From the NCBI GenBank assembly GCA_024278835.1, contig JAJRSK010000025.1:41907-105906 (forward strand): a DNA stretch of 64,000 bases. Direction: 5' to 3'. A program made the position numbers and the translations under genes. Source of the stretch: Campylobacterales bacterium (lineage in GTDB: Bacteria; Campylobacterota; Campylobacteria; Campylobacterales; QNZT01). The notes beneath the pieces were generated by a model that worked only from the letters and a program-made list of their open reading frames with translations, did not search any database and was not told the origin of the DNA. Shown here one piece after another: positions 1-10,020 of the stretch (position 1 is its first letter; each line of letters begins with the position of its first letter).

Positions 1-177
1 TCTGTCATACACAATGACTTTGAAAAAGGATTTATCCGTGCAGAAGTGATTGCTTATGAGGACTTTATAAACTATAAAGGTGAAAATGGCGCAAAAGAGG
101 CAGGGAAAATGAGACTAGAGGGAAAAGAGTATATCGTTAACGATGGCGATGTGATGCATTTTAGATTTAATGTATAG
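1..177 (+). CDS. ychF: Ribosome-binding ATPase YchF, C-terminal fragment (5' end outside window)
   Basis: Frame 1 is open from base 1 and ends ...[41 protein letters not shown], which is the conserved YchF/OLA1 C-terminal ending. Confidence 0.8.
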   Translation, partial: SVIHNDFEKGFIRAEVIAYEDFINYKGENGAKEAGKMRLEGKEYIVNDGDVMHFRFNV

Positions 178-183
178 AGAGGT

Positions 184-213
184 TTAACTTGCAGCTTAAA
201 AGCTGCAAGTTAA
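184..213. terminator. Bidirectional hairpin terminator between convergent ychF and the lipoprotein gene
   Basis: Perfect palindrome TTAACTTGCAGCTT-AA-AAGCTGCAAGTTAA, followed by A/T runs on both sides. Confidence 0.6.
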
Positions 214-226
214 AAGAGATGATGAC

Positions 227-1030
227 TTAGTCACCAGCACCTGTAGTTCCTGTTGAACCTGTTGAACCTGTCGCAGGTGCACCAGTTTTTAAGATTGAAA
301 ATACTGTCAATTTAGCTGGAACTTTACCATTTAAACCTGTCAATTCAATAAAAGGCTGATCATCTTCAACACCATTGCTCTTACGAGTGACATCAACTTT
401 AACCCACTCACTTGATCCATCTGCATACTCAACAAGTACCATCACATATCCAGCAGAGTTTGTACTTGTATTCCAGTAGTGATCTCCATCTTTAGTAACT
501 GCACATACGATAAACGTACTAAAATCAAAGCCACAAGCACCAATACCACCAGCTTGAGATATAATCGCTACACCAGAGAATGTAGGATACGTTGAATCAT
601 CATTTCTTTCAGCAACAACATCAGCATTACCTGTGTTATTGTAAGCATGCCAAGCACCGATAGCATCTGTGTCATTTGCATAATTCAAGTTTGACGGACA
701 CTTTGCTTCCACGGTTACAGAACAAGGCGATGCTGGTGTACACACTTCTACACATGGAGCTGGTTGCTGATTTGCATCCACACAATCACTAATTCCACGA
801 ACACTCACTGTAGTTTTAACTGTAGAAGCTTGAGAGACTGCAGTCGGCGTACCCTCTACAGTAACAACAGAATCCACCTTACCATCAACAATAGCAACAT
901 CTACAGTCTCTATACCTGTATAACCTTGATCAGCTTGCTCAGGACTGCTACTACTACCACAACCACTCATCATTAAAACACCTGTTACTACAGTCGCAGC
1001 AACTGTACTTAAAATCACATTTTTTCTCAT
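227..1030 (-). CDS. Cys-rich lipoprotein of unknown function
   Basis: Signal peptide with lipobox (LMMSG-C). About 10 further Cys residues. C-terminal Gly/Ser/Thr tail (GSTGSTGTTGAGD). No family recognised. Confidence 0.55.
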   Translation of the reverse strand: MRKNVILSTVAATVVTGVLMMSGCGSSSSPEQADQGYTGIETVDVAIVDGKVDSVVTVEGTPTAVSQASTVKTTVSVRGISDCVDANQQPAPCVEVCTPASPCSVTVEAKCPSNLNYANDTDAIGAWHAYNNTGNADVVAERNDDSTYPTFSGVAIISQAGGIGACGFDFSTFIVCAVTKDGDHYWNTSTNSAGYVMVLVEYADGSSEWVKVDVTRKSNGVEDDQPFIELTGLNGKVPAKLTVFSILKTGAPATGSTGSTGTTGAGD

Positions 1031-1180
1031 TAAAATCTCCTTAATTTTTGTTATATTTTAAACTTAACCAGATAATATCAAATCTAATATTAATTTAATA
1101 TAAAGCTATATCGACCAATATACTCAAGACTTTAATAAAATCTATCAAATAAGTCAAAATAGGCTTTAAAAGCCCATAAA

Positions 1181-1202
1181 AATTAAAATAGTTTAATTTT
1201 TA
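1181..1202. promoter_or_regulatory. 22-nt box AATTAAAATAGTTTAATTTTTA (copy 1), a candidate protein-binding site
   Basis: Identical 22-mer recurs at 16503..16524. It contains the inverted repeat AATTAAA-ATAG-TTTAATT. It lies in the divergent promoter region between the lipoprotein gene and the export operon. Confidence 0.35.
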
Positions 1203-1361
1203 TGGGTAAATATTATTAATTTATATTTTTAAAAATAAATATATTATTTGATGAAAAAAATAAATATATTGAATATTCTTAAATATCTCATCTATATTTA
1301 TCTTTTTGTCTCTCTCTTATGGGATTTTCTCTACAATCATCTACAATTATATTTTTGAGGA

Positions 1362-4154
1362 ATGTTTACAATGATGAAAAATTTACTCTCTATCATGATG
1401 ATACTCTTTTTGAGTATCTCCGCACATGCGCTTTCGCAAGACCAGATAGCACAGATGGTCTCTAAGAACCCCGCGCTCTTAGACTCACCACAAGCCAAAG
1501 CTTATATGGCTAAACAAGGAGGAAGTTTACAAAAGGCTAAAAAACCAACTAGAAACCTCCCCAAAGTAGAAAATGACATATCAACAACTGTCATCATGGA
1601 CGATACCATGCCAGAAGAGACTCAAAAGACAGATGAAAATGTCCTTATCAATAAAGCAAAAAAAGAGAACTTACTTAAAGACGGTTCTCTCAGACTTTCC
1701 CCCTTACAATATAAAAGTGACGATGAACAGATAAAAAGAATCAAATCTGTCCAAACCCCTCGTATCCATAGAAAAAATCTTGAGCGTTTTTCCAAAGAGT
1801 TTTTCCGTAATAAAAACAAAATATCCCAAAAAAATATCAGCACGCCAAGAGACTACACACTCTCACGTGGTGATATACTCACTTTTTGGATATATGGAAA
1901 GACAGAAAAGAATTTTACTCTGACAGTTAACAATGAAGGCAATATCGAAATTCCTGAAGTGGGACCTGTACGGGTTGCTGGTGAACAGTTTGGGGAAGTA
2001 AAAGAGTTGCTTACCAATTATCTCTCTAGTTCTTATAAAAATTCTAAAGTTGTTGTCAGCTTGGATGCTTTCTCCAATGCACAAATCACAGTGACTGGAT
2101 TCATCAATGCGCCGGGCATTTATAACACCACTTCTGTTTCTAGTGTCAAAGACATACTGATAGAGGCACAAGGTGTAGGTGCAGTAGGTTCTGTAAGAAA
2201 TATCTATGTCAAGAGAGCTGGTGCCGTCATCGCCAACATCGACTACTATCATCTCCTCTCCAACGGTCTCTCGGATGGCGATGTGGTTTTAAAACCCAAC
2301 GACACCATATATGTACCTCGAGCACATGGCTTGGTCACTATCGAAGGTGCTGTCTATAAAGAGGCTATCTATGAGATAGAACCTAGGGAGAGTTTGGCGC
2401 ATATCTTAAAGTTTGCAGGGGGTTTAAAGGCCGAAGCAGATGGCTACAGTATCCAAGTCAAACGCTACTCTCACAATAGAAGCATCCAAAACTTAACACT
2501 CACCATGCGCGAAGCTCGAAACTTCATCCTAAAAGATGGGGATGAGATATATGTAGATGGTTTAAATGCGACCAATGACTACTACGTCCTCATCACGGGA
2601 AATATCGTACGTGAAGGCAAACGTGAGATGAACCGTGGAGGTATGAAACTCTCTACGCTTTTACACAATGAACTGAGAGGTGGAAGGCTTGATTCATTTT
2701 TCTTGGAAAATACCCGTTTTGATTATGCGATGATTAAGCGTGTAGATGCAGACTTACAGGTGAAGGTGTTCAACATCAACTTGCAAAATGTCTTAGATGG
2801 ACAAGCTGATTTTCTCCTACAAAATAGAGATGAACTCTATATCTTCAATGCCCTTGATACAGGAACAGCACCCTATGTCACTATCTCGGGTAAATCCCTT
2901 ATCAAAGAGGGAAAATATATCTATCATGATGGGATGAATATCTCAGACCTTATCAATCAAGCGGGTGTAAAATCCCCTTATGATAAACATAAGGTCAAAC
3001 TCGTTTCAAAACAAAATGAAGAGGGGAAATCTACGGTCATCATGATAGATGTAGAAAATAACCCTGAACATCCACTCCACGCTTTGGATGCTGTAACGCT
3101 TTTTGATTTAGATGAGACCCATCCATTACATACAGCCAACATCAGTGGAGAAGTCGTCAAACCTGGTACTTATGTCGTGGCAGATGGGATGAGTTTGACT
3201 GAGTTTATTGAAGGGGCTGGAGGATTGAGTGAAAAGGCTTATCCAAAAGAGTATGAAGTCATCCGATATCACATAGAAAATGGTGAGAGAATGAAAAAGA
3301 TATTTACTATCACGCCAGAGGAAGCAACTTCATTTTTAGTACAGCGCCATGATGAGATTCAAGTGAAGCGTATTCCTTACTGGAATGAGAGAAAAACTAT
3401 CACACTCACTGGAGAGGTGAAATTCCCAGGCACCTATGTCATCCACTCTGGAGAAAAGCTCTCTTCTGTTATAGCCCGTGCTGGTGGTTTTACTAAAGAA
3501 GCCTTTCTTTACGGGGCTGTTTTTACGAGAGAGAGTGTCAAAAAGCTACAAAAAGAGAGTTTACAAAAAGGTTTAGCTCGGCTAAAAGAGCAAGTCATTC
3601 TCATCAATGTGCGAAATAGTTCAGATAGAAGAAAACAACCAGCCGATATCACGGGGATTGTTGCTGCTGTGGATTCATTGGTAGAGGCAGCAAAAAAGAT
3701 AGAGCCAAAGGGAAGAATCACTATCAATCTTGAAGATGATATGTATGGCTTTGAGCAAAGTCCTAGCAATCTTGTCTTGAAAGATAAAGATACATTAGAT
3801 ATTCCATCATTTAATGATACAATTGTTGTCAATGGCGAAGTGATGTTACCAACTGCCCTCACCTACCAAGGAGACAATATCAAAGATTATATAGATAGAA
3901 GTGGTGGTTTAACGCACTTAGCTGATTCTGAGCATATCTATGTAATTCATGCCAATGGGGAAGCGAGAAAAGCAAACCTTGGTTCATTCCTCTTCTCATC
4001 CAATGATGTAGAGATTAAAAGGGGAGATGTTATCATGGTGCCTAAGGAATACTATCTTGATACAAGAGGCATGGATTTGACCAAAGATTTAGCAGATATC
4101 TTCTATAAGCTCTCACTCACTGTGGCAGCGGCACATACAGTAGGAGCGATATAG
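1362..4154 (+). CDS. Polysaccharide export protein with multiple SLBB-type repeats (Wza/KpsD-like, long form)
   Basis: N-terminal signal peptide. Poly_export-like segment (YTLSRGDILTFWIYGK...NEGNIEIPEVGPVRVAG). Repeated 'D.I.VP'-type beta-grasp modules throughout the 930 aa. Confidence 0.7.
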   Translation: MFTMMKNLLSIMMILFLSISAHALSQDQIAQMVSKNPALLDSPQAKAYMAKQGGSLQKAKKPTRNLPKVENDISTTVIMDDTMPEETQKTDENVLINKAKKENLLKDGSLRLSPLQYKSDDEQIKRIKSVQTPRIHRKNLERFSKEFFRNKNKISQKNISTPRDYTLSRGDILTFWIYGKTEKNFTLTVNNEGNIEIPEVGPVRVAGEQFGEVKELLTNYLSSSYKNSKVVVSLDAFSNAQITVTGFINAPGIYNTTSVSSVKDILIEAQGVGAVGSVRNIYVKRAGAVIANIDYYHLLSNGLSDGDVVLKPNDTIYVPRAHGLVTIEGAVYKEAIYEIEPRESLAHILKFAGGLKAEADGYSIQVKRYSHNRSIQNLTLTMREARNFILKDGDEIYVDGLNATNDYYVLITGNIVREGKREMNRGGMKLSTLLHNELRGGRLDSFFLENTRFDYAMIKRVDADLQVKVFNINLQNVLDGQADFLLQNRDELYIFNALDTGTAPYVTISGKSLIKEGKYIYHDGMNISDLINQAGVKSPYDKHKVKLVSKQNEEGKSTVIMIDVENNPEHPLHALDAVTLFDLDETHPLHTANISGEVVKPGTYVVADGMSLTEFIEGAGGLSEKAYPKEYEVIRYHIENGERMKKIFTITPEEATSFLVQRHDEIQVKRIPYWNERKTITLTGEVKFPGTYVIHSGEKLSSVIARAGGFTKEAFLYGAVFTRESVKKLQKESLQKGLARLKEQVILINVRNSSDRRKQPADITGIVAAVDSLVEAAKKIEPKGRITINLEDDMYGFEQSPSNLVLKDKDTLDIPSFNDTIVVNGEVMLPTALTYQGDNIKDYIDRSGGLTHLADSEHIYVIHANGEARKANLGSFLFSSNDVEIKRGDVIMVPKEYYLDTRGMDLTKDLADIFYKLSLTVAAAHTVGAI

Positions 4155-5138
4155 ATGCAAGAACAGTACCAACCACCTTATATAGAAGAGGATGAGATTG
4201 ATTTAAGAGAACTCTTTAGTACGATATGGGGGAATAAATGGAAAATCATTTTTCTCTCTATCTTGATTACTTCTTTGGCACTTGTCTATGCACTGACTAA
4301 GCCAAACTCTTATGCCTCAAATACTATTTTAATTTTAAAAGAGCAGAGTAAGCCTAGTCTGGGTGGAGGTGCTGCCGCGCTGGCTTCTATGGCAGGTATC
4401 AGCCTCGGGGGAAGTGGTTCAAGCATCGATGTAGGAGCACTGTTTAAAAATCTTATCAATGATTATGCTTTTAATAGAGATGTTTTAACGCGCAATCATC
4501 TCGTACAAAAACTCTCAGATGAAGCGATGGAGAGTGAAAGAGTCTATGTCCTCAATGGTCAAGAGATGAAAAGAGATATCGCAAAATTTTTTGGATCTAA
4601 GAAAGAAGATAAAGATAAAGAAGAGATGCTATTTGACACCTTCAAAAAGATGAAAGATATCCTCTCTATTTCTACAGATAAAGAGTCAGGAGCTATCACT
4701 CTTTCTGCGACACTAGAAGATCGTGTTTTGGCTAAAGAGTTAGTCAATACCTATCTCAAAGAGATGAGCGATTATATCAAGAGATTGGATTTAAAAGAGA
4801 TAGATGAGCAAAAGGTTTATTATGAAAATGAGTTAGCCGATACGACAAGTCTAGACTTAAAATCCAATCTTACAGAACTTATCTCCGCCTTAGTCAAAAA
4901 GAAAGTCCTCTCACAAGCGGGAGAATTTTATATGGTCAAACAGTTGACCAAACCAGAAGTCGCCTATATCAAAGATAAAACTAAACCTAAAAGAGGCTTG
5001 ATAATTGTCGTGGCATTTATCACGTCTATTATATTGGGTATATTTATGGTCTTTTTTGGGGAATTTTTGAAAAACTCTAAAGAGAATGGAAAAGAAGAAT
5101 ATGAAGAAAAAGAGAGAGAAAGCGAAATGTCATTTTAG
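4155..5138 (+). CDS. Wzz-like polysaccharide chain-length determinant / co-polymerase
   Basis: Wzz N-terminal pattern (IDLRELFSTIWGNKWKIIF + TM), a coiled-coil periplasmic part and a C-terminal TM. The start abuts the stop of the export gene. Confidence 0.65.
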   Translation: MQEQYQPPYIEEDEIDLRELFSTIWGNKWKIIFLSILITSLALVYALTKPNSYASNTILILKEQSKPSLGGGAAALASMAGISLGGSGSSIDVGALFKNLINDYAFNRDVLTRNHLVQKLSDEAMESERVYVLNGQEMKRDIAKFFGSKKEDKDKEEMLFDTFKKMKDILSISTDKESGAITLSATLEDRVLAKELVNTYLKEMSDYIKRLDLKEIDEQKVYYENELADTTSLDLKSNLTELISALVKKKVLSQAGEFYMVKQLTKPEVAYIKDKTKPKRGLIIVVAFITSIILGIFMVFFGEFLKNSKENGKEEYEEKERESEMSF

Positions 5139-5194
5139 CTTTTTGCTTTATAGATAAAGGGCCCCTCTAAACAGATAACACACAAGGAACAATC

Positions 5195-6169
5195 ATGAAA
5201 AACAGCATAAAACCACTTCTTTTACTCCTCACTCTTAGTACACTCTCACAAGCAGATATCTCAGCTACCACGCAAAATATCCGTGCTTTTGTACTGCCAG
5301 TAGATACACTCACCATCCGTGGTTCATATCTACGCGCTAATGATGCTATCGATATGTTAAATCTCAATGACAAAGCAGATGCAGGTGACATCTATAGTGC
5401 GATTGGAGATAGTTCTGGTATAGATTTTTCTCTTGGCTATGGTGCCCATCAGTTTGCTTCGCTCTACTATAATTTTGAAGCACTCAATATCCATTATGCA
5501 GGGGGTAAGGTAAAAAACATAAAAAATGAACTCTTTGCGAGAATTAATTTTTATGATACGCCACACTATAGCTTTGATGACTTCTCTATGGATTTAGGCT
5601 ATATCAGAAATAGTGCAGATGACTTCAATACGCTTTCTGATTTAAGCGATAACTCCTATTATATACGTCTACTACTAGGAAGTAGGTTTAACTCTTCTTT
5701 ACTTAACTTTTATGGTGGATTTAAATACTCTTCTATCAGCACAACACACAATGCAATAGACTTAGATAGAGATGAAAGAGCATTGATGGCAGGAATTAGC
5801 TATACCCTAGAGATGTCCAACTATATCCTTGATGCCAACTATGAATATATGAGAATGTTTGGACGAGAAAATGCTTTGGCTGACAATAAAAGTAATCATC
5901 TTATCAACCTCAATCTCTCACGCGCCTTTAGTGAAAACTTTCTTATCTTTATAGGGACAAAAATTATGCTTAATCAATTCAATGGCATCATCCCTTATCT
6001 TTACAACACCCAAACACAAAGTGCCTTTGACAAAACCTACTCACTTATGAAAGTGGGATTTGTCTATAACTTTGACTTAGATGCCAAAAATAGAAAAAAT
6101 AGAGTATACCAAGCCCCAGCCTGCGATACAAAAAAATCCACAAGCCTCTTCTCATTTTTTGGCTGGTAG
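5195..6169 (+). CDS. Putative outer-membrane beta-barrel protein
   Basis: Signal peptide (LLLLLTLSTLSQA). Alternating aromatic/Gly-rich strands and an aromatic C-terminus (FSFFGW). Third gene of the export operon. Confidence 0.4.
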   Translation: MKNSIKPLLLLLTLSTLSQADISATTQNIRAFVLPVDTLTIRGSYLRANDAIDMLNLNDKADAGDIYSAIGDSSGIDFSLGYGAHQFASLYYNFEALNIHYAGGKVKNIKNELFARINFYDTPHYSFDDFSMDLGYIRNSADDFNTLSDLSDNSYYIRLLLGSRFNSSLLNFYGGFKYSSISTTHNAIDLDRDERALMAGISYTLEMSNYILDANYEYMRMFGRENALADNKSNHLINLNLSRAFSENFLIFIGTKIMLNQFNGIIPYLYNTQTQSAFDKTYSLMKVGFVYNFDLDAKNRKNRVYQAPACDTKKSTSLFSFFGW

Positions 6170-6200
6170 GTATAGCTAGAGAGAGGTGCGGTTCACTGCA

Positions 6201-6264
6201 CGTGAGCCTTCCGCTGAGGAGAACGCAGCGTTAGCGTAGCAATATGGGCTTTGCTCATATTGCG
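6201..6264. repeat. Intergenic hairpin repeat, copy A (conserved GGGCTTTGCTC loop)
   Basis: About 85% identical to 35544..35608. Stem GCAATATG / CATATTGC around the loop GGCTTTGCT. Lies between convergent genes. Confidence 0.6.
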
Positions 6265-6272
6265 TATCAAGA

Positions 6273-8246
6273 TTAAAATAAAAGTTCTTGTTCCAACTCT
6301 TCCGCTGCACTCTTTGCATCATTTGGTGGTGGGGAGGTATCGGTAAAGTACTCACTCTTTTTCGCTGTTAGTTTCACTTCCCTTACCCCCTCAGGGATAT
6401 CAAACTCTCTTTTAGTTTCAGGATGAAGCTTGATATACTCACGATAAAACGCAGCAAATGCAGGTCCAGCTGCTTTACCACCCGTCTCTTTACCCATTCT
6501 TGCATTATTGTCTTTTCCAAACCAGACAAGCGTCTCTATCTCTGGGGAGTATCCACAAAACCATGCATCTTTATAGCCATTGGTGGTACCAGTCTTACCT
6601 GCTACAGCTAAACCTTCTACCCTTGCTCTACGCCCCGTACCTCTTTTTACGACATCTTCCAAGATAGAAGTAATTAAAAAGGCTTGTTCTGGTGTTGTGA
6701 CATTTTCTTCCTGGGTTTCATATATCTTCACACCTCCATCACTAGAGACTACTTTTTTAACCAGCATAGGTTCTACTTTTGTCCCAGCATTGGCAAATAT
6801 ACTCCACTCTGAAGCAAAATCCCAAGGAGAGATAGAAAAAGTCCCTAAAGAGATAGAGAGATCAGAAGGAAGGTTCTTAAACCCCATCCTCTTTATCTTC
6901 GCATACACATTGGAGAGCCCTAGTTCATTGACCATGTTGATAGTCGCCAAGTTACGCGAGTGTACCAATGACTCACGCAGGGTGATTAAGCCTTCAAAAT
7001 TTTTCTCATAATTTTTTGGACGCCACTCTTTATCTTCATCTTGGTCTTTGTAGGAAAAAGAGCGTGAAATATCAGTCAATTTACTCTGCGTTGAGTATCC
7101 TGCATTGAGCGCTGTGAGGTAAAGAAAAGGTTTGAAACTAGACCCTGGTTGACGCTTGCCCTGTACCGCGCGATTAAAAACACTTTTACTATAATCCACC
7201 CCACCTACTAGTGCCAAAACCTCTCCAGTTTTACTCTCCATCACTACCATCGCACCATTTAAATCACTATAATCCACCATTTCATCACTTTTAGCTTTGG
7301 CATTGTACTTATCTCCTCTCTCCAAAATACCCTGATACGCGTCAATGAGTGCTTTTTGTGCTATCTCTTGCGCTTCTAAGTCAATCGTTGTATGTATCTC
7401 ATAGCCCGCTGTTTTGATGTCAGGATACTCTTTTTGTAAACGCTTTAAGACTTCATTGGCGATATAAGGTGCTCTATTTTTCGTCAAGGTATCATCATAA
7501 ATCTTTGGACGTGCTTCTTGATACTTTACAAGTTCTTCCTTGCTTATCCAACCCAAGGCATGCATACGATGCAAAACCGTATTAGCACGTGAAAAAGAAG
7601 CCTCTAAATGCCGTGTAGGATCAAAGGCAGAGGGGCGTTGGGGAATCCCAGCCAAAATCGCTATCTCTTTAAGATTTAAATCACTCAAATCTTTTCTAAA
7701 ATAGCCCTGCGCTGCTGTTTTTACACCATAGTAGTGATGTCCATAAAAGACTTCATTTAAGTAGCGCTCTAGTATCTCTTCTTTGCTAAGTTTTGTCTCA
7801 AGTTTTATCGCTAAAATCGCTTCATTGATTTTACGCTTTAATTTTTTTTCGTTAGAAAGAAGTGTCAATTTGACCAACTGCTGTGTAAGCGTACTAGCCC
7901 CCTCTTTGAGTTTCATATGTTTGATATCTTTCATCACCGCACGCATAATCGCCTCAGGATTGATACCATGATGCTCAAAAAATGCCGTATCTTCTATCGC
8001 GACAAGTGCCTCAACCAAACGAGGAGGAATCTCTTTAAAAGGGACATAGGTACGATGTTTTTCGCCAAAGATATTGGAGATAAGTTCTCCGTTTCTATCA
8101 TATATCTTGGTGGTGAGATTTGGATTGTAGTTGAGTAATTTATCTACATCGTACTTTAACTCTTTAGAGATATAACAATATCCAGCTATCACACCCGCTA
8201 TCATCAGTATAAAAAAGAGACCAATCAGCCGTAACAATATCTTCAT
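6273..8246 (-). CDS. mrcA: Bifunctional penicillin-binding protein 1A (glycosyltransferase + transpeptidase)
   Basis: GT51 motifs EDTAFFEHHG and GASTLTQQ. Transpeptidase motifs SSFKP (SxxK), SRN and KTGTT. Confidence 0.85.
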   Translation of the reverse strand: MKILLRLIGLFFILMIAGVIAGYCYISKELKYDVDKLLNYNPNLTTKIYDRNGELISNIFGEKHRTYVPFKEIPPRLVEALVAIEDTAFFEHHGINPEAIMRAVMKDIKHMKLKEGASTLTQQLVKLTLLSNEKKLKRKINEAILAIKLETKLSKEEILERYLNEVFYGHHYYGVKTAAQGYFRKDLSDLNLKEIAILAGIPQRPSAFDPTRHLEASFSRANTVLHRMHALGWISKEELVKYQEARPKIYDDTLTKNRAPYIANEVLKRLQKEYPDIKTAGYEIHTTIDLEAQEIAQKALIDAYQGILERGDKYNAKAKSDEMVDYSDLNGAMVVMESKTGEVLALVGGVDYSKSVFNRAVQGKRQPGSSFKPFLYLTALNAGYSTQSKLTDISRSFSYKDQDEDKEWRPKNYEKNFEGLITLRESLVHSRNLATINMVNELGLSNVYAKIKRMGFKNLPSDLSISLGTFSISPWDFASEWSIFANAGTKVEPMLVKKVVSSDGGVKIYETQEENVTTPEQAFLITSILEDVVKRGTGRRARVEGLAVAGKTGTTNGYKDAWFCGYSPEIETLVWFGKDNNARMGKETGGKAAGPAFAAFYREYIKLHPETKREFDIPEGVREVKLTAKKSEYFTDTSPPPNDAKSAAEELEQELLF

Positions 8247-8932
8247 TCTCTAAATCCTCTATGTGTAAAATTTGACCTTATCAAGGCCTTAGAATAATCA
8301 TGTCGTGGATGTTCTAACACGTCGCTAATCTTACCACGCTCGACTATCAGACCATCTTTTAAGATTGCGATATCTTCACATAACATCCGCGTTATCTCCA
8401 CTTCATGGGTTACAAAAAGTATCTTATATCCCATCTCTTTTTGTAACCTTTTTAAGAGTATCATGATAGCCTTTTTTGTCTGGGAGTCAAGCGCGGTGGT
8501 TGGCTCATCTAAAAGTAAAAGCTTTGGATGGGAACTAAGTGCCATGGCGATGACGGCACGCTGGAGTTGTCCACCACTTAGTTCTGAGGGGTAACGAAAG
8601 AGTAAATCCCCTTCCAATTCCACCATCTCCAAAAAGCGCATCGCTTCCTCTTGGGGGATAAAAAACTGTTCATTGATCTTGGTCAGTGGGGAGAGCGCCG
8701 TAAAGGGATTTTGCACCACAATAGCCACATTTTTTCCACGCGTTAAGGAGAAGTCGCTCTTCACATCAAGTACCACATCCAAACTCTGAGGCAACATCCC
8801 CAAAAGCGCTTTTAAGGTTAGTGATTTACCACTACCACTCTGCCCCACTAAAGCCAAAGAGTTTTTTATCTCAAATGCGATATCGACTAAGATCTTATCA
8901 TCGGATTTTATCTCTAGTTTATTGACTATCAT
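8243..8932 (-). CDS. ABC transporter ATP-binding protein
   Basis: Walker A GQSGSGKS, signature LSGGQLQR, Walker B LLLLDEP. 4-nt overlaps with both neighbouring genes. Confidence 0.8.
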   Translation of the reverse strand: MIVNKLEIKSDDKILVDIAFEIKNSLALVGQSGSGKSLTLKALLGMLPQSLDVVLDVKSDFSLTRGKNVAIVVQNPFTALSPLTKINEQFFIPQEEAMRFLEMVELEGDLLFRYPSELSGGQLQRAVIAMALSSHPKLLLLDEPTTALDSQTKKAIMILLKRLQKEMGYKILFVTHEVEITRMLCEDIAILKDGLIVERGKISDVLEHPRHDYSKALIRSNFTHRGFRE

Positions 8933-10020
8933 GATAACTTCTCTTTTAATTTCATTAAAAAATCTCTCATCACTCTCTCCTCTACATTGAGACGCAAGAT
9001 AATACGCAATATCGCCGACTTCACCGTAGGTGGACGAATCGCCCCTATCAAAAATCCCTCTTCTTTAGCAAAAGCTTTTAACGCCATCACCTTCTGAGTA
9101 TCCCCTACGTCTATCTTTAAAATCAAGCCTTCTATCTTTGTGTCAAAAATCTCTCTGACTATCAACTGTCGCTGCTTTTTCGCAAGAGAAAAATCTTCAA
9201 GCTTCTCCTCAATCTGCAATAAAGCTTGATGTGCTAAAGCGATATCAAAAAGAGAAGGCGCCGTCGCATAGACTATCGCCTTGGCTCTATTTTGTAAAAA
9301 ATCGATGATTTCTTGACTTGCCAAGATATACGCTCCATAAGAGCCCATCGCTTTTCCAAGTGTGCCCATCTTGATATGATTAGGTTTTGGACTGATATCA
9401 TGATAGGTAAAGACACCCAAGAAATCCTCACCAAGCACACCAGAGCTATGCGCCTCATCCACTATCATGATAGCATCAAATGCATCACAAATAGTAAATA
9501 TCTCCTTCTCTAGCACATCCCCGGCCATAGAGTAAATCCCCTCCACCGCTACAATAGCGCGCTGATAAGTTCTATTTTGCAAAATACGCTTTAAATCCTC
9601 TGCATCATTATGCTTGAAAAAAACCACTGCACATTGTAAAAGCTTAGAGGCTAAAATTCCAGATGCGTGATACTCTTCATCTAAAATCAAAATATCTTTT
9701 TTACGAGGCAAGGCTTCTATGAGAGAGAGATTGGCTAAAAAACCACTTCCTACCACCATCGCTGCTTCAAAACCATTGCGCCATTTGAGGTAGTTTTCAA
9801 ACTCTTGATGTATAGGATGGTAACCATTAACAAGTTGTGAAGCCTTAGGAGCGTGTGTGCGATATCCTCTCACTACTTCAACCGCTTTATCAAATATCTC
9901 AAAATCTTCAGCCAAGCCTAGATAATCATTGGATGCCAAGTCTATCAAGTTATCATGATAGAGTTCTCGACTTCGATAGAGATTTACTTTTTTGAGGGCT
10001 TTTAACTCTTTTTGATACAT
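8929..10020 (-). CDS. bioF: 8-amino-7-oxononanoate synthase-like class-II PLP aminotransferase
   Basis: SNDYLGL motif, DEAHS, and a PLP-lysine context GTLGKAMG. Length is typical of BioF/Kbl. Confidence 0.6.
   Translation of the reverse strand: MYQKELKALKKVNLYRSRELYHDNLIDLASNDYLGLAEDFEIFDKAVEVVRGYRTHAPKASQLVNGYHPIHQEFENYLKWRNGFEAAMVVGSGFLANLSLIEALPRKKDILILDEEYHASGILASKLLQCAVVFFKHNDAEDLKRILQNRTYQRAIVAVEGIYSMAGDVLEKEIFTICDAFDAIMIVDEAHSSGVLGEDFLGVFTYHDISPKPNHIKMGTLGKAMGSYGAYILASQEIIDFLQNRAKAIVYATAPSLFDIALAHQALLQIEEKLEDFSLAKKQRQLIVREIFDTKIEGLILKIDVGDTQKVMALKAFAKEEGFLIGAIRPPTVKSAILRIILRLNVEERVMRDFLMKLKEKLS

Noticed and set aside
6201-6264. Small ORFs beginning MSKAH/MSKA... on the loop-complement strand of the hairpin repeats (copies A, B, C).
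   Set aside because: Copy B has a 1-nt length difference that shifts the frame, so the downstream peptides are not conserved. No Shine-Dalgarno sequences precede the ORFs. The conservation pattern (loop fixed, stems covarying) fits a structured nucleic-acid element, not a protein.
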